This document shows, one piece after another, positions 62,471 to 64,000 of a stretch of DNA of 64,000 bases (position 1 is the first letter of the stretch; the number at the start of each line of letters is the position of its first letter). The notes under the pieces are model-generated. The model did no database searches and was not told where the DNA came from. It saw nothing but the letters and a program-made list of their open reading frames with translations. The position numbers and the translations under genes are program-made. The stretch lies in contig CAWHDT010000003.1 in NCBI GenBank assembly GCA_963828195.1, positions 32,001-96,000 on the forward strand. Reading direction: 5' to 3'. Origin of the DNA: Candidatus Bathyarchaeota archaeon (lineage in GTDB: Archaea > Thermoproteota > Bathyarchaeia > Bathyarchaeales > Bathycorpusculaceae).

Positions 62471-62564
62471 CACTTTCAAGCGGAAAACTTATCTGTGAAG
62501 CAGTTATGGAAATGTACGCTGCAGGCAAGTTATTAGGCTGACTTGAACCGAGGTGAATATGAAA

Positions 62565-62846
62565 ATGGTTGAAATGAAAGTCGATACTTCCGAACTTAAA
62601 GGCGACGAAGCCAAATTAATCGAGAAACTAGCGGATTTCCTCAAGGAGAAAACAGGCGGGGAAGTAGTAACAGGCGATAAAATCTTAACGGTGAAAGGCG
62701 AAGGCGAGGGACTCAGCAAAAAATACGTACGCATAACATTGAAAAAGTTCCTCTACAAGTATGCGCTTACAGAGTCTTTCAGAGTAATAGGCAACGAAGA
62801 GAACACGCTTAAAATAAAACAGAGAAAACTTGAAGAAGAAGATTAA
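62565..62846 (+). CDS. rpl22e: ribosomal protein eL22
   Basis: LADFLKEK...LSKKYVRITLKKFL...FRVI resembles eL22 (FSKRYLKYLTKKYL..LRVV); acidic tail; start uncertain. Confidence 0.8.
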   Translation: MVEMKVDTSELKGDEAKLIEKLADFLKEKTGGEVVTGDKILTVKGEGEGLSKKYVRITLKKFLYKYALTESFRVIGNEENTLKIKQRKLEEED

Positions 62847-62997
62847 CCAGTCCTTTTTTTCCAAATTTAATTAATTCTTTATTTTTGCCATCAAACAAAC
62901 CATGCCCGCCTGCTGTCTATTTTCTGAACAGAATGTTCCACAGCTTAGCATTAAATCAAAAAGGCGCTAACTATGCATTGAGCAGGAGAGACTCAAG

Positions 62998-63171
62998 TTG
63001 CGCCACAAAAAAATAGCTGCCAGTGCGGTAGTTACAGTTTCAACAATAGCCTTTTTGGGGTTGACTGGGGAAACGGGCATAGCACTTCGAGGCGTGGACC
63101 CAGTAGCTGTAATTGCAGCCGTGGCAGTTGCGGTTATAGGTATAGTCTGGTTCAAAAAAACAGTTAGTTAA
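62998..63171 (+). CDS. small two-TM membrane protein (57 aa, absent from ORF track)
   Basis: TTG start after GGAG; two hydrophobic helices with basic flanks. Confidence 0.5.
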   Translation: MRHKKIAASAVVTVSTIAFLGLTGETGIALRGVDPVAVIAAVAVAVIGIVWFKKTVS

Positions 63172-63213
63172 AACGGCTTGTGGCTAAGCCTTGGCTGTGA
63201 TGAAACAAGAAAA

Positions 63214-64000
63214 CTAGATTTTTAACTTCTTATAAATGTGGAGAAATACTTTTTCGCCTTCGGGCACTGGTTCTTTGAACTTGACTGAGACTTCGCTTGG
63301 TGACAGTGAAGTCCTGATTTCGCCTGTAACTCCTGATGAAGTAAGGACTTTTTCGCCCATGAATTTGGAGGCAGCTTCCGAGGTGCCGAAGAGACCGTTC
63401 ACTGAGTACTCGTTGGCTTCACTTTTCTGTCCAACGGTTCCTTGCTTGGTCTTTTTTGAATAGAACTCTAATTTGCTGTCTGTTTCAGTGATTCTTCCTC
63501 CACCTATTATTCGGAATTCTCGGGCTTGGAGTCCAGGGTTCATCAAGAGAACGTGGTCTCCCCTTTCAGCCACGACCTGCTGCCTGAGTTCTATGTAAAC
63601 TAAGCATTTTTCAGGAGCCTTCACCTGGGTTTTCACGACGAACTTGCCGTCTTCCATGACTCCGGGCACAATGTTTCCCAGCACTTCATAAGACCCAACA
63701 AACACGTCTACATCGCTATACAGTGTCAACGGACGCAGATAGTACTTGTCCACTTCTAACTCGATTACCACACTGCGGGTCGAACTGATGGAGCCAGGAG
63801 AAACGGCTACATAACCCCTGTGAGCGTCAGCAGGTTTCAGGTCTTTGACGGCAACGCCCACTCTGTCTCCAGCGATAGCTTCCTCTTTGTCCTCCCCGAA
63901 GGACCGCAGCGAACGTACTTGACCTTTTTTGTCGATGGGTTTGATTTCAACAACATCTTTCACCTTAACTTTCCCACGGTGTACCGTGCCAGTCAAGACG
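63214..64000 (-). CDS. SelB/eEFSec-like translation elongation GTPase (C-terminal part)
   Basis: TGTV..G, AIAGDRVGVA, RG (domain II); RIIGGG (domain III); extra C-terminal domain IV-like region. Confidence 0.78.
   Translation of the reverse strand, partial: VLTGTVHRGKVKVKDVVEIKPIDKKGQVRSLRSFGEDKEEAIAGDRVGVAVKDLKPADAHRGYVAVSPGSISSTRSVVIELEVDKYYLRPLTLYSDVDVFVGSYEVLGNIVPGVMEDGKFVVKTQVKAPEKCLVYIELRQQVVAERGDHVLLMNPGLQAREFRIIGGGRITETDSKLEFYSKKTKQGTVGQKSEANEYSVNGLFGTSEAASKFMGEKVLTSSGVTGEIRTSLSPSEVSVKFKEPVPEGEKVFLHIYKKLKI

Noticed and set aside
62973-63167. ATG-CAT-TGA Cys-rich frame next to the SelB-like gene as a selenoprotein
   Set aside because: No redox motif or SECIS was seen; another frame gives a more plausible two-TM protein.

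Overview
Archaeal chromosomal DNA. TATA/GGTGA-type signals, eL22, DUF996/DUF5752 and beta-helix surface proteins suggest Bathyarchaeia; this taxonomy is an inference. Housekeeping blocks: 2-oxoacid:ferredoxin oxidoreductase, nrdR-nrdD-nrdG, dinB, pncB, thiolase plus a DUF35-HMG-CoA synthase fusion, ssb, uvrBAC, larE/C/B, tsaA, rpl22e, a SelB-like factor, tRNA-Ser(GCT), tRNA-Lys(CTT) and a candidate C/D sRNA. Two accessory regions look like integrase-less gene-cassette arrays. (1) At about 4.5-10 kb, downstream of tRNA-Ser, small cargo modules (flavin/F420 split-barrel proteins, cupin, RelBE, SnoaL, with Fic at the distal edge) are separated by four extra copies of the tRNA 3' end, most accompanied by a conserved, inward-facing 19-bp arm motif. 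An ORF resembling a split-integrase N fragment reads through the tRNA. (2) At 41.6-43.4 kb, two tandem mini-elements have inverted-repeat ends and a repeated 8-bp core (AAAGTTAG); their junction forms a 13-8-13 site. They carry tiny ORFs, a decayed AbrB-like gene and a 10-bp-period CCGTT array. Other oddities: a thiolase and a PLD-family protein that both lack catalytic residues, three 10-16-10 palindromes upstream of pncB, and homopolymer frameshifts. All family assignments come from motif recognition by eye; no searches were run.
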